DNA of 62,409 nt from a virus. Its lineage: Duplodnaviria; Caudoviricetes. This document shows positions 27,792-38,247 of the stretch, in pieces. Location: the IMG/VR virus record IMGVR_UViG_3300042518_001073, positions 1 to 62,409 of that record; one strand, given 5' to 3'. The notes below the pieces were generated by a model. The model saw only the letters and a list, made by a program, of their open reading frames with translations, did no database searches and was not told where the DNA came from. Position numbers and translations under genes: made by a program. Position 1 is the stretch's first letter. Each line of letters begins with the position of its first letter.

Positions 27792-29957
27792 TTATCGGCC
27801 CCTAATTTTTGCCGGAGTTACGCCCATCCACAGAACTTCTGTGACATTAGGCGGAAGTCTAGCAATTTCTTCCTCACTATAGACGGCCGGCGGCAAGCCC
27901 AGATTGGACTTTACGCGCTCAAGAACCTTAACCTTTTTACGGGCATCGGCTACTTGGTCTGGGGCTAGGGTGGCTCCCACACTACCCGGAGCGGTGTCCG
28001 CCTTTGCACGATTGTCAGCAAGTGCCTGATCAATCATCGTCGACAAGGCAATAAGCTGTGTGCCATAGGCCTCGGGATCCTTAAGAAGCGCGGGCTTCAA
28101 CTGCAATACGCCTTGCAGCATGCGCTGCTCGGTGACGCTGTTTTGTGCGCTCTTCAAGAATGCCTCGACGACCTCTTCTGTCACGAGGTTGGCTTGCGAA
28201 CGAGCAAGTGTGATCTCGCGCATAGGATCGCCAAGGCCCGGTACTTGCGAAATTCCGGCATAAACCGTGGCAAATGGCCCAGCGATCTTTGCGCGATCGC
28301 GCCAGAGCGATACTGGAGAGGCCATTGCCTCTTCTCGCGGCAGATAATTTGGTTCGTCGACAGGGCGATCGGCAGGACGGGCAGTGCCTGCCACGGTCGG
28401 TTCACGGCCGCCCTCAGAGAGCAGTGGCTCGGGGGTTTCGACCGGAGTTTCGCTTCTAGGCGGCGTTGTGCTGGGCGGGGCTTCCGTACGCGGCAGTGTG
28501 ACTGCACCTGCGGTCGGGACGCCGGATCCACGCACGCGACGCGCTTCCGTGACGAAGTCTGGCAGGCGGTTGCCTGGCAGTTCTTGGTAGCCACTTGGTT
28601 GACGTGTAACAGGATCAACGACCGCTTGGTATTTTGGCTGTGTCCAGCTCGTAATTGCCGAGTTGACAAGATTCGTTTCTTGCGGAGTTGATTGCCCCGC
28701 AGCGAAACGCTCTATGAGCCCGGGTGTATTGAAGACGTTCATCTCCCACTCACCACGCGTGCCTGTCGCAGCGGCTACGCCACTACGCATCTGTGCCGCA
28801 CGCGATCTAGCGTCGGCCGTTAAGACTGTGTTGAGGATGGAACGCTGCTCGGTGGCCAACTTAGCGTTGAGGTTTTGAATCTCATCACGATCCTTCTCGC
28901 CCGCCTGGAGAGCCAAGAGGCGCAACTGACGTTTCGTGTCCTCAATGTCCGACACGCGCTTCTGTACGGCGGCGGGCAGGTTGCTGAACGCACCGGCAAG
29001 ACGCGCCATGGGCGAGCCGCGGAGGACTTCGCCGCGTGGGCCGCGATTCGCGGCGAAGTTTAGTGCCGCACCAGCAATGTCAAAAAGTAGTCCTGACTGC
29101 GAAGCCGACTTATCGGGAGCCAGAAGACTCTCATATTCCGGGAGTCGTGATGCCATGGCCTCTTTAAGCGTTGGAACAGGCGCAGCCCTTTGTGCCAGCG
29201 TACGTGCCGCTTGCATCTGCGCAAAATCCACCAGCTCCGGCGAATACAGCAGGTTCGCCGCAGAAGTGCGGTCCTCGGGAAGGCCTTCTTCGTCCGCTTG
29301 GGTCACGCCTTCCTCGGTTGACCCGTTCTTAAAACGCTGGACCAGCCCTCCGTCCTTCATCTGGATCGGCGGCATGCCTTCTGGCGGAATAGGTTGACCA
29401 TCTGGCCCAATCATCGGGCCAGCGCCCGGAGGAGGTCCGCCCGGCGGGCCACCCGGTGCCATGCCGCCCCCGGGAGGAGGGCCGGCAGCAGCAAGAAGTG
29501 CGGCCATATCACCGCCGGCAGGCGGCGGGGGTCCACCAGGAGGAAGCGGCGGAGCCCCGGGAGGCGGCGCTCCCATGTCTCCTCCCGAGGGCGGCGGCAT
29601 TGGAGGTTGTGGCCCTTGAGCCATGGGCCCTGATTGTGGAAGCGCGCCAAGTCCGCCCTGTTGCGCGAGCACGGGTTGGAGCATGGCGAGCACGGCATCC
29701 GGTGTTTCGGCTGCCGCGTCGTAGCCGACGAGATCGGCGAGCTCTTCGCGACGCGCATCGACTGAGCGCATGTCACCGCGAAGATTGTTCATGAGGATTT
29801 CAGGCGAATCGGGGCGACGATTGAGAACGCGTGCGGCGGAGGACTCTTCCGAGCCTTCCTCCTCCTCGAGTTCGTCTTCTTCCTCGCCCACCTGGTCGAG
29901 GAATCCCTGCATGATTCCGACGTTCTCGACGTCGTCGTCCATCATTTCGTTTTTCAT
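27792..29957 (-). CDS. Internal virion/ejection protein
   Basis: Acidic N-terminus, Pro/Gly linker, MKDGG motif, helical body. Confidence 0.7.
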   Translation of the reverse strand: MKNEMMDDDVENVGIMQGFLDQVGEEEDELEEEEGSEESSAARVLNRRPDSPEILMNNLRGDMRSVDARREELADLVGYDAAAETPDAVLAMLQPVLAQQGGLGALPQSGPMAQGPQPPMPPPSGGDMGAPPPGAPPLPPGGPPPPAGGDMAALLAAAGPPPGGGMAPGGPPGGPPPGAGPMIGPDGQPIPPEGMPPIQMKDGGLVQRFKNGSTEEGVTQADEEGLPEDRTSAANLLYSPELVDFAQMQAARTLAQRAAPVPTLKEAMASRLPEYESLLAPDKSASQSGLLFDIAGAALNFAANRGPRGEVLRGSPMARLAGAFSNLPAAVQKRVSDIEDTKRQLRLLALQAGEKDRDEIQNLNAKLATEQRSILNTVLTADARSRAAQMRSGVAAATGTRGEWEMNVFNTPGLIERFAAGQSTPQETNLVNSAITSWTQPKYQAVVDPVTRQPSGYQELPGNRLPDFVTEARRVRGSGVPTAGAVTLPRTEAPPSTTPPRSETPVETPEPLLSEGGREPTVAGTARPADRPVDEPNYLPREEAMASPVSLWRDRAKIAGPFATVYAGISQVPGLGDPMREITLARSQANLVTEEVVEAFLKSAQNSVTEQRMLQGVLQLKPALLKDPEAYGTQLIALSTMIDQALADNRAKADTAPGSVGATLAPDQVADARKKVKVLERVKSNLGLPPAVYSEEEIARLPPNVTEVLWMGVTPAKIRGR

Positions 29958-29972
29958 GTGTGTCTCGACCTA

Positions 29973-32837
29973 TTAACCGAAAAGTCCGGCCTTTGCCGCG
30001 CCTGCCGCGGCCGTCAACCCCGCAAGGCCGATGCCTGCGGCCTGTTGGAACGGGCTCGCGGAGGGTTGGCTGACCGCTGTCGTCGCCATCTGCGTGGACG
30101 GCGCACCGCGATAAATGTCTGACAAGAACCCGAGCTGCTGATACGGAGCATAAAGTCTCTGCATCTGCGTCGCACGCTGCGCATCGAGTCCTTGTTGGTT
30201 GAACGCCTGCTGCGCCTGACCGACGTTGTAGAGGAAGTTGATGTCCGACTGCTGCATGCCTTGCGCAGCCTGGCCGATGCCGAGCTGGTTAATGGCCTGC
30301 TGGCCGTACTGCTGGCCCAACGCGCCAAGGCCGGTCGCCATTTGCTGGCCGATGCCGAACTGCTGGCCTGCCAGTGCGCCCACGCCTTGGGCAATATTTT
30401 GGAACTGCCCTGACTGCTGGCCGTAGATACCGGCAAGTGCCTGCGCGGCGTTCGTGCGGCCCGCACCCTGCTGCATGAGCAGATTCGAGATGTTTTGTTG
30501 GATGTTGGACTCTTGTCCGGCAAGTGCACCCTGCTGCGAAGCAAGGTTGCCGTAGCCCTGTGCAGCCTGTTGATAAAGACCGGCAGCGGACTGGCCCAAA
30601 CGCGCTTGTTCCACGCCTAACTGACCGAGGCCTTGACCGGCAGCGATCTGCTGCTGCGAAAGGTTGCCGTAGAGGCCCGCAGCGCCCTGCCCAAGCTGTG
30701 CTTGCTGCACGGCTTGTTGCCCTGCGGTCTGGCCGATGTTGGCGATCTGCCCCGCAGCCGCTTGCTCTGCCGCAGCACGCTGCGCTTCGAGCGAGCCCAT
30801 GGCTTGCCCCGCCTGTACGCCAAGTCCTGCTTGCTGGGCCGCGATCTGCGCAGCCTGTTGCTGCAAGCCGGCCTGCTGCCCCGCCTGCTGCGAGAATGCG
30901 CTGCCGATGCCTTGGTAAAGCTGAGACTGTTGCGCAGCCTGTTGCTGCTGCGTTTGCTCGAGTTGTGCCATTTGCATCGCGGTGTTCGCATCGAACCCCG
31001 CCTGCTGGAAGCGTTGCTGCGCAGCTTGGAACTGGAGCTGCGCCTGTTGGCCCGTGAGCTGGCCCTGGAGCCCCGCTTGTTGTGCCGCGAGCTGGGCAGC
31101 GGTTTGACCAAGCTGCGCTTGTTGCACGCCCGCACCAATGCCTCCGGTGCCTGCGGCCTGCATCATTTGTGCAGCCTGTTGGCCGAGCCCCGCCTGTTGC
31201 GCGGCAGTGGAGGCCTGCAACTGACCGGCTTGCGCGAGCTGCTGCGCGGCTTGTTGGCCGAGCCCCGCCTGTTGCGCCGCGACCTGTGCCGCCTGCCCCC
31301 CGAGTTGGCCCGTGGCCTGTGCGCCTTGAAGCGCGCGCTGCTGTTGCTGCTCAAAGGTGGCCATCGCATTGGCCTGAGCCTGCGAGTAGCCCTGCGAGAG
31401 AAGGTTGGCAATCGTGCCGGCCTTCTGCTCAAGCAGACCGCGCTGCATCTCTGCGCGCTGCACGCCTTCGCGTTCGCCACCGAATGCGCCTGCACGAACG
31501 GCCTGCGCTGAAAGCCCCTGTTGCGCAATGGCTCCCTGACGCTCGATCTGCCGCATCGACTCGTCGATGACCTGCTGGCGGTATGGGTCCATGAAGGCCT
31601 GCGCACGCGAAGGATCGTAGCCCTGCGTGCCACCACCGATCGCACCGATGCCCTGCTGAATCGCCTGCTGCGCAGTCTGGAAACCGGGCTGCTGCGCCGC
31701 TTGCTGTGCTTGTTGCGCGGCTGTCAGTGCCGTGCCAACACCCTGTTGGAACCCCGGCTGCTGCGCGGCCTGCGCCGCTTGTTGCGCGCCTTGATATAGC
31801 GCACCGATGCCCTGTTGGATCGCCGGCTGGGCGGCAGCTTGCTGCGCCATGGCAATGGCTTGCTGGCCCTGGCCGATTGCTTGCCCAAAGCCTGGCTGTT
31901 GAGCGGCTTGCGATGCCATGCGGGAGGCCTCTTCGGCCGTGAACCCCGCACCCTGCAATCGCGCCTGTTCGGCAGCAAAGTTAGACGGGCCCGCTTGTCC
32001 CGCCGCACCCATCGCGGCCCCCAGTGCCCCTGTCGCTTGGGCAAACCCCGGCTGGAAGGCCGCTTGCTGGGCCATTTGTATGGCCTGCTGCCCAGTGCCA
32101 AGCCCTTGTCCGATCGTTCCCTGCGCACCGGCCATTTGCGGCACACCGGCCGCTCCCGCAGCGCGCTGCGCAGCGTTCATCAAAAGTTGTTGCGAGCCGG
32201 AAAGGTCCGCACCGGCTGCCCCCGCAGCCATGCGCTGCGCGTCGGAAATACCGCGCATGCCCTGACCGATCGCGGCGGTGGCAGGCGTCAGATCCGCCTG
32301 TGAGGCACGCGCCGCCATGTTCTGCGACGTGGCAAGTGCATTGATGCCGGTGCCGATGTCTTGGTATGCCGCACCGAAGCGACCCGTGGTGTCCGCGGCC
32401 AGCGCACGCTGCCCCGCCAGATCCATGTAACCAAGGCCCGTATTGATCTGATTAATACCGCCGCTCATGCCCGCAGCGGCTGCGCCGGCTTGCCGCATGG
32501 CGGCCTGCGCATCGGTAAACTGAGCACGCGTGTCTGCGCCACGGAGGATGTCGCCCGCTTCACGGGTCGCGGTCATCGCGCCTGCGAGGCCCTGGTTCGC
32601 GGCTGTTACATACGGCGAGAACGCCCCGACGCCTTGCTGCTCGGCAGCACGCATCGCAGCGATTTGGGCCGGGGAGAAGCCAGCGACCTGATAACCCGGA
32701 AGCTGTTCAGCAAATCCCTGCTGCGTGGCAAGGTCTCTCGCCTGCTTTAAAAGGTCAAGCTTATAGGCTTCGATCTCCGGGGCTTCCCGGACGATCTGTT
32801 GCTGAATGCTGGTGTCTGCTCCTGCTACGCTTGCCAT
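29973..32837 (-). CDS. Gln/Ala/Gly-rich DNA pilot/ejection protein
   Basis: FMDPYRQQVID...GAFGG core; C-terminal glycine-zipper hydrophobic segment. Confidence 0.7.
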   Translation of the reverse strand: MASVAGADTSIQQQIVREAPEIEAYKLDLLKQARDLATQQGFAEQLPGYQVAGFSPAQIAAMRAAEQQGVGAFSPYVTAANQGLAGAMTATREAGDILRGADTRAQFTDAQAAMRQAGAAAAGMSGGINQINTGLGYMDLAGQRALAADTTGRFGAAYQDIGTGINALATSQNMAARASQADLTPATAAIGQGMRGISDAQRMAAGAAGADLSGSQQLLMNAAQRAAGAAGVPQMAGAQGTIGQGLGTGQQAIQMAQQAAFQPGFAQATGALGAAMGAAGQAGPSNFAAEQARLQGAGFTAEEASRMASQAAQQPGFGQAIGQGQQAIAMAQQAAAQPAIQQGIGALYQGAQQAAQAAQQPGFQQGVGTALTAAQQAQQAAQQPGFQTAQQAIQQGIGAIGGGTQGYDPSRAQAFMDPYRQQVIDESMRQIERQGAIAQQGLSAQAVRAGAFGGEREGVQRAEMQRGLLEQKAGTIANLLSQGYSQAQANAMATFEQQQQRALQGAQATGQLGGQAAQVAAQQAGLGQQAAQQLAQAGQLQASTAAQQAGLGQQAAQMMQAAGTGGIGAGVQQAQLGQTAAQLAAQQAGLQGQLTGQQAQLQFQAAQQRFQQAGFDANTAMQMAQLEQTQQQQAAQQSQLYQGIGSAFSQQAGQQAGLQQQAAQIAAQQAGLGVQAGQAMGSLEAQRAAAEQAAAGQIANIGQTAGQQAVQQAQLGQGAAGLYGNLSQQQIAAGQGLGQLGVEQARLGQSAAGLYQQAAQGYGNLASQQGALAGQESNIQQNISNLLMQQGAGRTNAAQALAGIYGQQSGQFQNIAQGVGALAGQQFGIGQQMATGLGALGQQYGQQAINQLGIGQAAQGMQQSDINFLYNVGQAQQAFNQQGLDAQRATQMQRLYAPYQQLGFLSDIYRGAPSTQMATTAVSQPSASPFQQAAGIGLAGLTAAAGAAKAGLFG

Positions 32838-32838
32838 C

Positions 32839-35232
32839 TTAGTTACCCTTCACGTTGCCGCCTTCCAGCATCTTCATGAGTTTATACATCCGACGTGCGC
32901 CTTTGCGACGACTGCCCTGGCCCGCGTTGCGTACGGCTTTGGCCGTGAACACGAACTCGCCGTCCGAAAGCATCGCCGGGATTGAATCCGACGTTCCCGT
33001 GCCCGGTCCGTTGATCGGGCCGGTTTTACGCGGGAATTTCGTCGGCTGCCCGCCTTTGCGAAGCCCCTGAACGCCCATAATCCCCCCTCGATCAAGTGCC
33101 TGTACGGCCATTCCCGCCTGCTGCGCAGCTTGAGGGCCTGCGAACAGCATCGCTTCGGTCTGCGCGACATTGACGGGGTTGCTCGTCGCCGCGCGAACGG
33201 CGTTGTCTACCGCTCCACCCCGTGCATAGCCCGGCGGACGGGAAGTGGGCTGCACAGGATTTCCATACAACAGCGGAACGCCGTAAAGCCCCGAGACATT
33301 GTACGGCTGCGGAACACCGCCCGGCATGTTTGTCACCGCCCCTGGGGGCGGCATGTAGGTCGGCGTCGGTGAGATCGGCAACGTAGATATCGTCGACGGT
33401 CCAGTAGAAGTCGACCCCGCACTAGGCTGCCCCAGTCCATAAGAGGGCGTTTCGACGACCGGATTGTACGGTTCGAGCTTCGTCGGCTGGACGCGGTTCT
33501 TAAAGAGCTCCGGGTTGTCGCGGATGTAGTCCGCTCCGGTGTAATCCCGATCAAAAAGCGGGTTTTCTTCGGCTTTTCCGGCCTTAAATCCGCCCGTTGC
33601 GCCCGTAACAGCCAACGCGGTCGCTACTCCGGGGGCGTACTTGCCAAGGGCGGTTGTCGCCTTCGGATTGACGAGGAAGGCATCCGTGAAAGTGCTCGTC
33701 GAGGGCTTTTCAAAGAATTGCCCAACGCGGCCAAAGAACGTATCCGCAGGGGCCACGCCTGTCGGAGCCGCCGTTGTCGGCATTCCGGTTGAAGGCGTTG
33801 CGGCCGCCGTGGGCGTAATGCTTCCCGGCGCGTTAATCCCGTAGGCAGAAGATCTGTAAGGAACGGCGGATGACGCCGGAGCAGCCGGGCCTTGTGGGGC
33901 GGCGCCTTCGGGGAAGTACTGCTGCCCAGTCTGTCGGACAATCAGTGATTCGGGGGTGCCTCCTGTGGTGGGAGTACGGTAGGCCGCTCCGCCTTCTGGG
34001 CTAAACGCTGCGCCTTGCTCGCCCCCCAGGGCCACTTCTCCCGTAACGGGAGCAGGCGGAGCCTGTTGCCCTTGCGAACTAAACTGCGACATATCTCCAC
34101 GCATTTCAGGAGATTGCGTAGCTTTCGCCGCCGCCGCATTCGCACGAGCGGTTTGAATGCCCGTCATGATGCCGCTTTGGAGGCCCATGCCGAGCGCTTC
34201 TTCGGTGCCCATGCCGGCCAACTTGCCAATACCCGCGCTGGTGACGCCCGCGCCAATGCCCTGCGCAACTGCGCCGCCCGGAGTGACACCGGGGATTCTG
34301 CTAGCGAGTTCTGCAACTTTGCCAACAGGATTTATGCCGCCGATCGTACCGCCTGCGCCAAAGTAACTAGTCGCGGCGTTGATCAGGAGGCTCTTGGCAT
34401 TGAGCTTTTCGCCTGCCATTGCGCTGACCGCAGCGGAGGACAGCGTCGCGCCTGCTGCGGTAGTCGCCGCAGTAGACATCGCAATACCGACCTTTCCTGC
34501 CGCCGCCGCGGCTGCCGGACCAAGGACCGTGGCAAGCGCCACCGTCGCAATGATGCGAACGATGGGGTTCTTAAGAATCTTCTTAACCGCCTTCTTGACC
34601 TTCTTGAAGATCTTCTTCAGGAAGAACTCAGGCAGCCCCGTCTCCGGGTTAATCGTGCCCGAACCGCCCATAGACTTGAGCAGCCGCGCCTCGGATGGCG
34701 TGATGTGAGCGAGCATCGTGTCGCCATTGCGGCCCCTGGAGGCAAGGTACTTAGCCATGTCGGCTAGTCCACCTTCGGCCATGGCCATGGGCTCAAGGCC
34801 TTCAACGACCGGGGCCATCTCCATCGGAGCCTGGGCGCCCTGCACCCCCGCCGCCCGGTATTCGTTCAGGGCCATGATGGCCATGCCGAGATATGCCGGA
34901 TCGTAGGCTTCCGGCAGGTCGTCATCGTCCATCATCCCCATTTCGATCAGCCGCTGGCGGATCTGGGGGTACTCGCTCGGGTTCTGGGACATGTACTCGA
35001 GAACTTCGAGTAGCGAGTCCACTTCGGTCGGGCTGAGATCGAGCTCGTCAATGCTCTCGCGAACGGCCTGTTTCACCGCTTCGATTTGAGCAGGGTCGTT
35101 ACTTGATGCCCCAAGCGCCGTCAGCGCGGCATCATACGTGTCCGCGCTCGATACATAGATCGGCTGGTTTGTGGGCCCCTGGTTTTGCATGGCCTGCCCT
35201 TCGGGCAGACTCATGATGCCTTCATTTTCCAT
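32839..35232 (-). CDS. Internal virion protein with tape-measure-like C-terminal motif
   Basis: GRNGDTMLAHI...INPETGLPEFF, hydrophobic segments, GPGTGTSDSIPAMLSDGEFV. Confidence 0.75.
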   Translation of the reverse strand: MENEGIMSLPEGQAMQNQGPTNQPIYVSSADTYDAALTALGASSNDPAQIEAVKQAVRESIDELDLSPTEVDSLLEVLEYMSQNPSEYPQIRQRLIEMGMMDDDDLPEAYDPAYLGMAIMALNEYRAAGVQGAQAPMEMAPVVEGLEPMAMAEGGLADMAKYLASRGRNGDTMLAHITPSEARLLKSMGGSGTINPETGLPEFFLKKIFKKVKKAVKKILKNPIVRIIATVALATVLGPAAAAAAGKVGIAMSTAATTAAGATLSSAAVSAMAGEKLNAKSLLINAATSYFGAGGTIGGINPVGKVAELASRIPGVTPGGAVAQGIGAGVTSAGIGKLAGMGTEEALGMGLQSGIMTGIQTARANAAAAKATQSPEMRGDMSQFSSQGQQAPPAPVTGEVALGGEQGAAFSPEGGAAYRTPTTGGTPESLIVRQTGQQYFPEGAAPQGPAAPASSAVPYRSSAYGINAPGSITPTAAATPSTGMPTTAAPTGVAPADTFFGRVGQFFEKPSTSTFTDAFLVNPKATTALGKYAPGVATALAVTGATGGFKAGKAEENPLFDRDYTGADYIRDNPELFKNRVQPTKLEPYNPVVETPSYGLGQPSAGSTSTGPSTISTLPISPTPTYMPPPGAVTNMPGGVPQPYNVSGLYGVPLLYGNPVQPTSRPPGYARGGAVDNAVRAATSNPVNVAQTEAMLFAGPQAAQQAGMAVQALDRGGIMGVQGLRKGGQPTKFPRKTGPINGPGTGTSDSIPAMLSDGEFVFTAKAVRNAGQGSRRKGARRMYKLMKMLEGGNVKGN

Positions 35233-35300
35233 AGGTGTCCTTTCCAGTTTGTGCCAAAGACCCTAAGACGGGTCGCGCGCCGGGAAAGGACGCGAGGATG
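35233..35300 (-). promoter_or_regulatory. Structured 5' leader occluding the RBS
   Basis: GTCCTTTCC pairs with GGAAAGGAC; inner GACCC/GGGTC hairpin. Confidence 0.55.
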
Positions 35301-35340
35301 ACTCGGATTATGGGGTAAGTTGTCAAGTGTTGTCCACCTG

Positions 35341-35673
35341 TTATGCCCGATCAATCTCTAGGTATGACAGGTAAAAATCAACGTCCGCGACGCTTGCGGT
35401 CACTTTCAATACGTCCCCCGCGATTAGTACACAGGGAACGCCCGAAAAGACGTCCATGGTCTGGCTCGTCGGCAGGGCATATGTCTTTAAGAGCTTGTAT
35501 GGCGTCGCTCCGCCGGCAGGGTAAATCGCCGCGCTGATGTTGGCGACACTGGCGTTGTCGTTCGTGACCCGAAGCGACGACAGGACGGCATTGTTGGCCG
35601 CAGGAGCCGTGTAAATGGTCGTCTCCGTAGCGGCGCTCGGGGTTAGATACAGGCGTAGGTATTTGTTTGCCAT
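35341..35673 (-). CDS. Small tail/structural protein
   Basis: TIYTAP...GDVLKVTAS...SYLEI, beta-rich. Confidence 0.7.
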   Translation of the reverse strand: MANKYLRLYLTPSAATETTIYTAPAANNAVLSSLRVTNDNASVANISAAIYPAGGATPYKLLKTYALPTSQTMDVFSGVPCVLIAGDVLKVTASVADVDFYLSYLEIDRA

Positions 35674-35674
35674 G

Positions 35675-36388
35675 TCACATCGCCGAGATGAAGTTAATGG
35701 TCAGGATGACCGACGAGATAGTGGGGCGCGTTGGACTAGTGTCTACCGGATACTGCTCAAGAAAAACATCCGTACTGCTCGCCCACCAAGCAAGTTGAAG
35801 GTAATTGGCTGACGGGTCGTTGACCGTGAATATGCCTGTGATTGTGGGCACTACATGCGACCACGTCGTAGCATCTTTGCGTGCTGCGATGTCAAAACGG
35901 CTCCGACTGGCCGGGTAGTTAACGCCCGTGTCCTTTGCCCAAATCTCAAACTCTTGTGCCGCATTGCTGCGGTTAGAAACCTGAACACGTATGGTCACAA
36001 GATAATTCCCCGCACAAGGGACATAGATCTTGGTGTTGTCAACAACGCGAATCCCGTTAGCAACCGGGGTTGAGTTGTAGGTAATAAGTTCTTCGGTGGT
36101 GATGCTGGTTAAGTCTTGATCCTCGTCTGACATCAACATCGCATGCGGCAGGATGATGCCGTTGCTGAGTTGAAAGCCCCGGACACCGCCCGCAAAACCA
36201 CCGCCCGCACCGGAACCTGCCGCGAACCACGAGCCCGCGCCGGCCTTGTCCTCGGTGACAATCGGCGTGTAAGTGTTGTTAAGCTGAAAAATAACCTGCT
36301 CAAGCGATCGCACGAGCTGATCAAACTGCTCCGCGCTGTACCCCTGCTGGGCCGCGTTTGGCAGACGGACATTGTTGATCTTGCTCAT
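35675..36388 (-). CDS. Tail needle/structural protein
   Basis: LPNA...Y...LVRSLE N-terminus followed by a beta-sandwich-like C-terminus. Confidence 0.6.
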   Translation of the reverse strand: MSKINNVRLPNAAQQGYSAEQFDQLVRSLEQVIFQLNNTYTPIVTEDKAGAGSWFAAGSGAGGGFAGGVRGFQLSNGIILPHAMLMSDEDQDLTSITTEELITYNSTPVANGIRVVDNTKIYVPCAGNYLVTIRVQVSNRSNAAQEFEIWAKDTGVNYPASRSRFDIAARKDATTWSHVVPTITGIFTVNDPSANYLQLAWWASSTDVFLEQYPVDTSPTRPTISSVILTINFISAM

Positions 36389-38238
36389 CTCAACCCGTCA
36401 GGTTGGATATCCACACGCATCGTGCCAAAGCGCCACCTGGTGTCGATGTCGCTGCTCTCAATCTGCAACGCAACCTGGCGACCGCGCGCGCGGGTATCGA
36501 CCTTCTGCGTACTCGGTTCGATGATATACGGATCGAGCGAACTCGGTGTCGCAGGGGCCTGTGGGTACAAGCGCAACAGCAAACGAACCGTAAGATTGCC
36601 TTCCTGGTTCTTGAAGTCCGGGATAAAGCGCTTCATGAAGAGCACCTGATCGCCATCGCCGATGTCAAAGTACCCTGACTTCACATACGCGAGGATCGGT
36701 TGGCCATCTCCGTTCGCGCCATTCTCCTGGTTAAAGATCCGTGAGCGGCCGGCCGTGAGCCCGTTGATCGTGCTAATCGTCGCAGCGGTGCTGTCCGGAT
36801 CGTACGTTGTGGCAAGCGGATAAGCATAGGGGCCGAGATCCGTCCAGGCCGTGCGGGGCATCGTGCCCACGGACCAGACCTGCTCAAGGTAGTTGTAGGT
36901 AACAAAGCGGTCGATGTAGTTCGTATCGGCCGTGCAATACCACCACGTCACTTCGTTGAACTGTGTGTTGATGCCGACGTGTACTTTCTGTGCTTGGGTG
37001 AAGTTCAAATCCTTGAACACGTAGTCCTGCACGGTGCACGGGAGCTTCTTTACCGTACCGTCGAACACGAAGAACGCGTCCTTGGCCATCCAGTACGCCA
37101 CACCGTTCACATCCGCAGACGCATGCGGACCGATCAGGCCGCAGTTGGCACCGAGCTGCTGGAAACCAAACGTGTACGGCGGCCCAAGGTACTGCATGCC
37201 GTGAAGCGCCGTGTCCGTCCAGATCAAGATCTGCCCGCGTGAACGCAGTGCCGAAACAATGAAGTTTCCGTCTGTCAGACGCTGGCCGCCGGCGGTGTTC
37301 GTGGCCGTAGCGACGAAAGTGTTGATGTCTTCTTGGCTCGAGAACCGCACAAACATCGGATCCTGCGACGAAGGCGTACCAATCGTGCTTTCCGTGCCGA
37401 AACAGATCAGATGTCGATCCGGCGTCGATACCAATGCGTACTTACTCTTGGTCGGCGCACCAGAGATGGCCGCAGCACGCACACCAATGCCCGTACTCGG
37501 CAACCACTCGTAAATGCCGCCGTCCACGAGCTGCATAATGAGGTTTTCGCCGTACGTGTCGAACTGCCAGACGCTCGAGAAGAGCGAAACCGATGCCGAA
37601 GGCGGTCGCGGCGTGCCCCAAGTGGACAACCCCCACGTTCCTGTGCCCCAGCCGAAGTCCGCGTAGCTGACATCGCTGCCAGTGTTGATTTGATAGGTCG
37701 CGGTCGCGGTGCCAGCAGCCGTAGCAGTGGAGCTGGCGTTGACAGACGCCTGAATGACGTACTCGTTGGCGTTTGGGACTTCTAAGATCTCGTATTCGCC
37801 ATTCATCGTGGCGTTGGCAATGCCACCGGGGTTGCCCGAAGTAGCCGAAATCGTCACAAAATCGCCCGTGATTGCCCCGTGTGCGGCGTCGTTCACTGTG
37901 ACGCGGTTGCTTCCCGAGGTTGTATCGAACGTCACACCCGTGGCCGTGTCCCGAACAGGGGTGATATCGGCCCATGCGCCGCCGTAATAGACGTAAACCT
38001 TCTTGTTGGTGCCTACGACAACGTAAGGAGAGCCCTCAAGGTCGTTCCAGGTAAAGACTTCGCTCGGCGCACCGACGAAATAGACGACGTTTTCGCCAAA
38101 CTGGTTCCATCCGCCGACTTTTTCGGGCAAACCATAGCGGAAACGCACGTAATCGGAGTCGATCCACCCGCCTTCCGCGCCGTATTCGGTGTTTTGCTTG
38201 TCTACACCAGGTTTGAGGAACAGTCTGAGGAGTGCCAT
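36385..38238 (-). CDS. P22 gp10-like tail hub/nozzle (DNA stabilisation) protein
   Basis: VRFRYGLPEKVGGW, VRFSSQED, propeller-like repeats, RARGRQ...DGLR. Confidence 0.75.
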   Translation of the reverse strand: MALLRLFLKPGVDKQNTEYGAEGGWIDSDYVRFRYGLPEKVGGWNQFGENVVYFVGAPSEVFTWNDLEGSPYVVVGTNKKVYVYYGGAWADITPVRDTATGVTFDTTSGSNRVTVNDAAHGAITGDFVTISATSGNPGGIANATMNGEYEILEVPNANEYVIQASVNASSTATAAGTATATYQINTGSDVSYADFGWGTGTWGLSTWGTPRPPSASVSLFSSVWQFDTYGENLIMQLVDGGIYEWLPSTGIGVRAAAISGAPTKSKYALVSTPDRHLICFGTESTIGTPSSQDPMFVRFSSQEDINTFVATATNTAGGQRLTDGNFIVSALRSRGQILIWTDTALHGMQYLGPPYTFGFQQLGANCGLIGPHASADVNGVAYWMAKDAFFVFDGTVKKLPCTVQDYVFKDLNFTQAQKVHVGINTQFNEVTWWYCTADTNYIDRFVTYNYLEQVWSVGTMPRTAWTDLGPYAYPLATTYDPDSTAATISTINGLTAGRSRIFNQENGANGDGQPILAYVKSGYFDIGDGDQVLFMKRFIPDFKNQEGNLTVRLLLRLYPQAPATPSSLDPYIIEPSTQKVDTRARGRQVALQIESSDIDTRWRFGTMRVDIQPDGLR

Positions 38239-38247
38239 ACGCGCATC

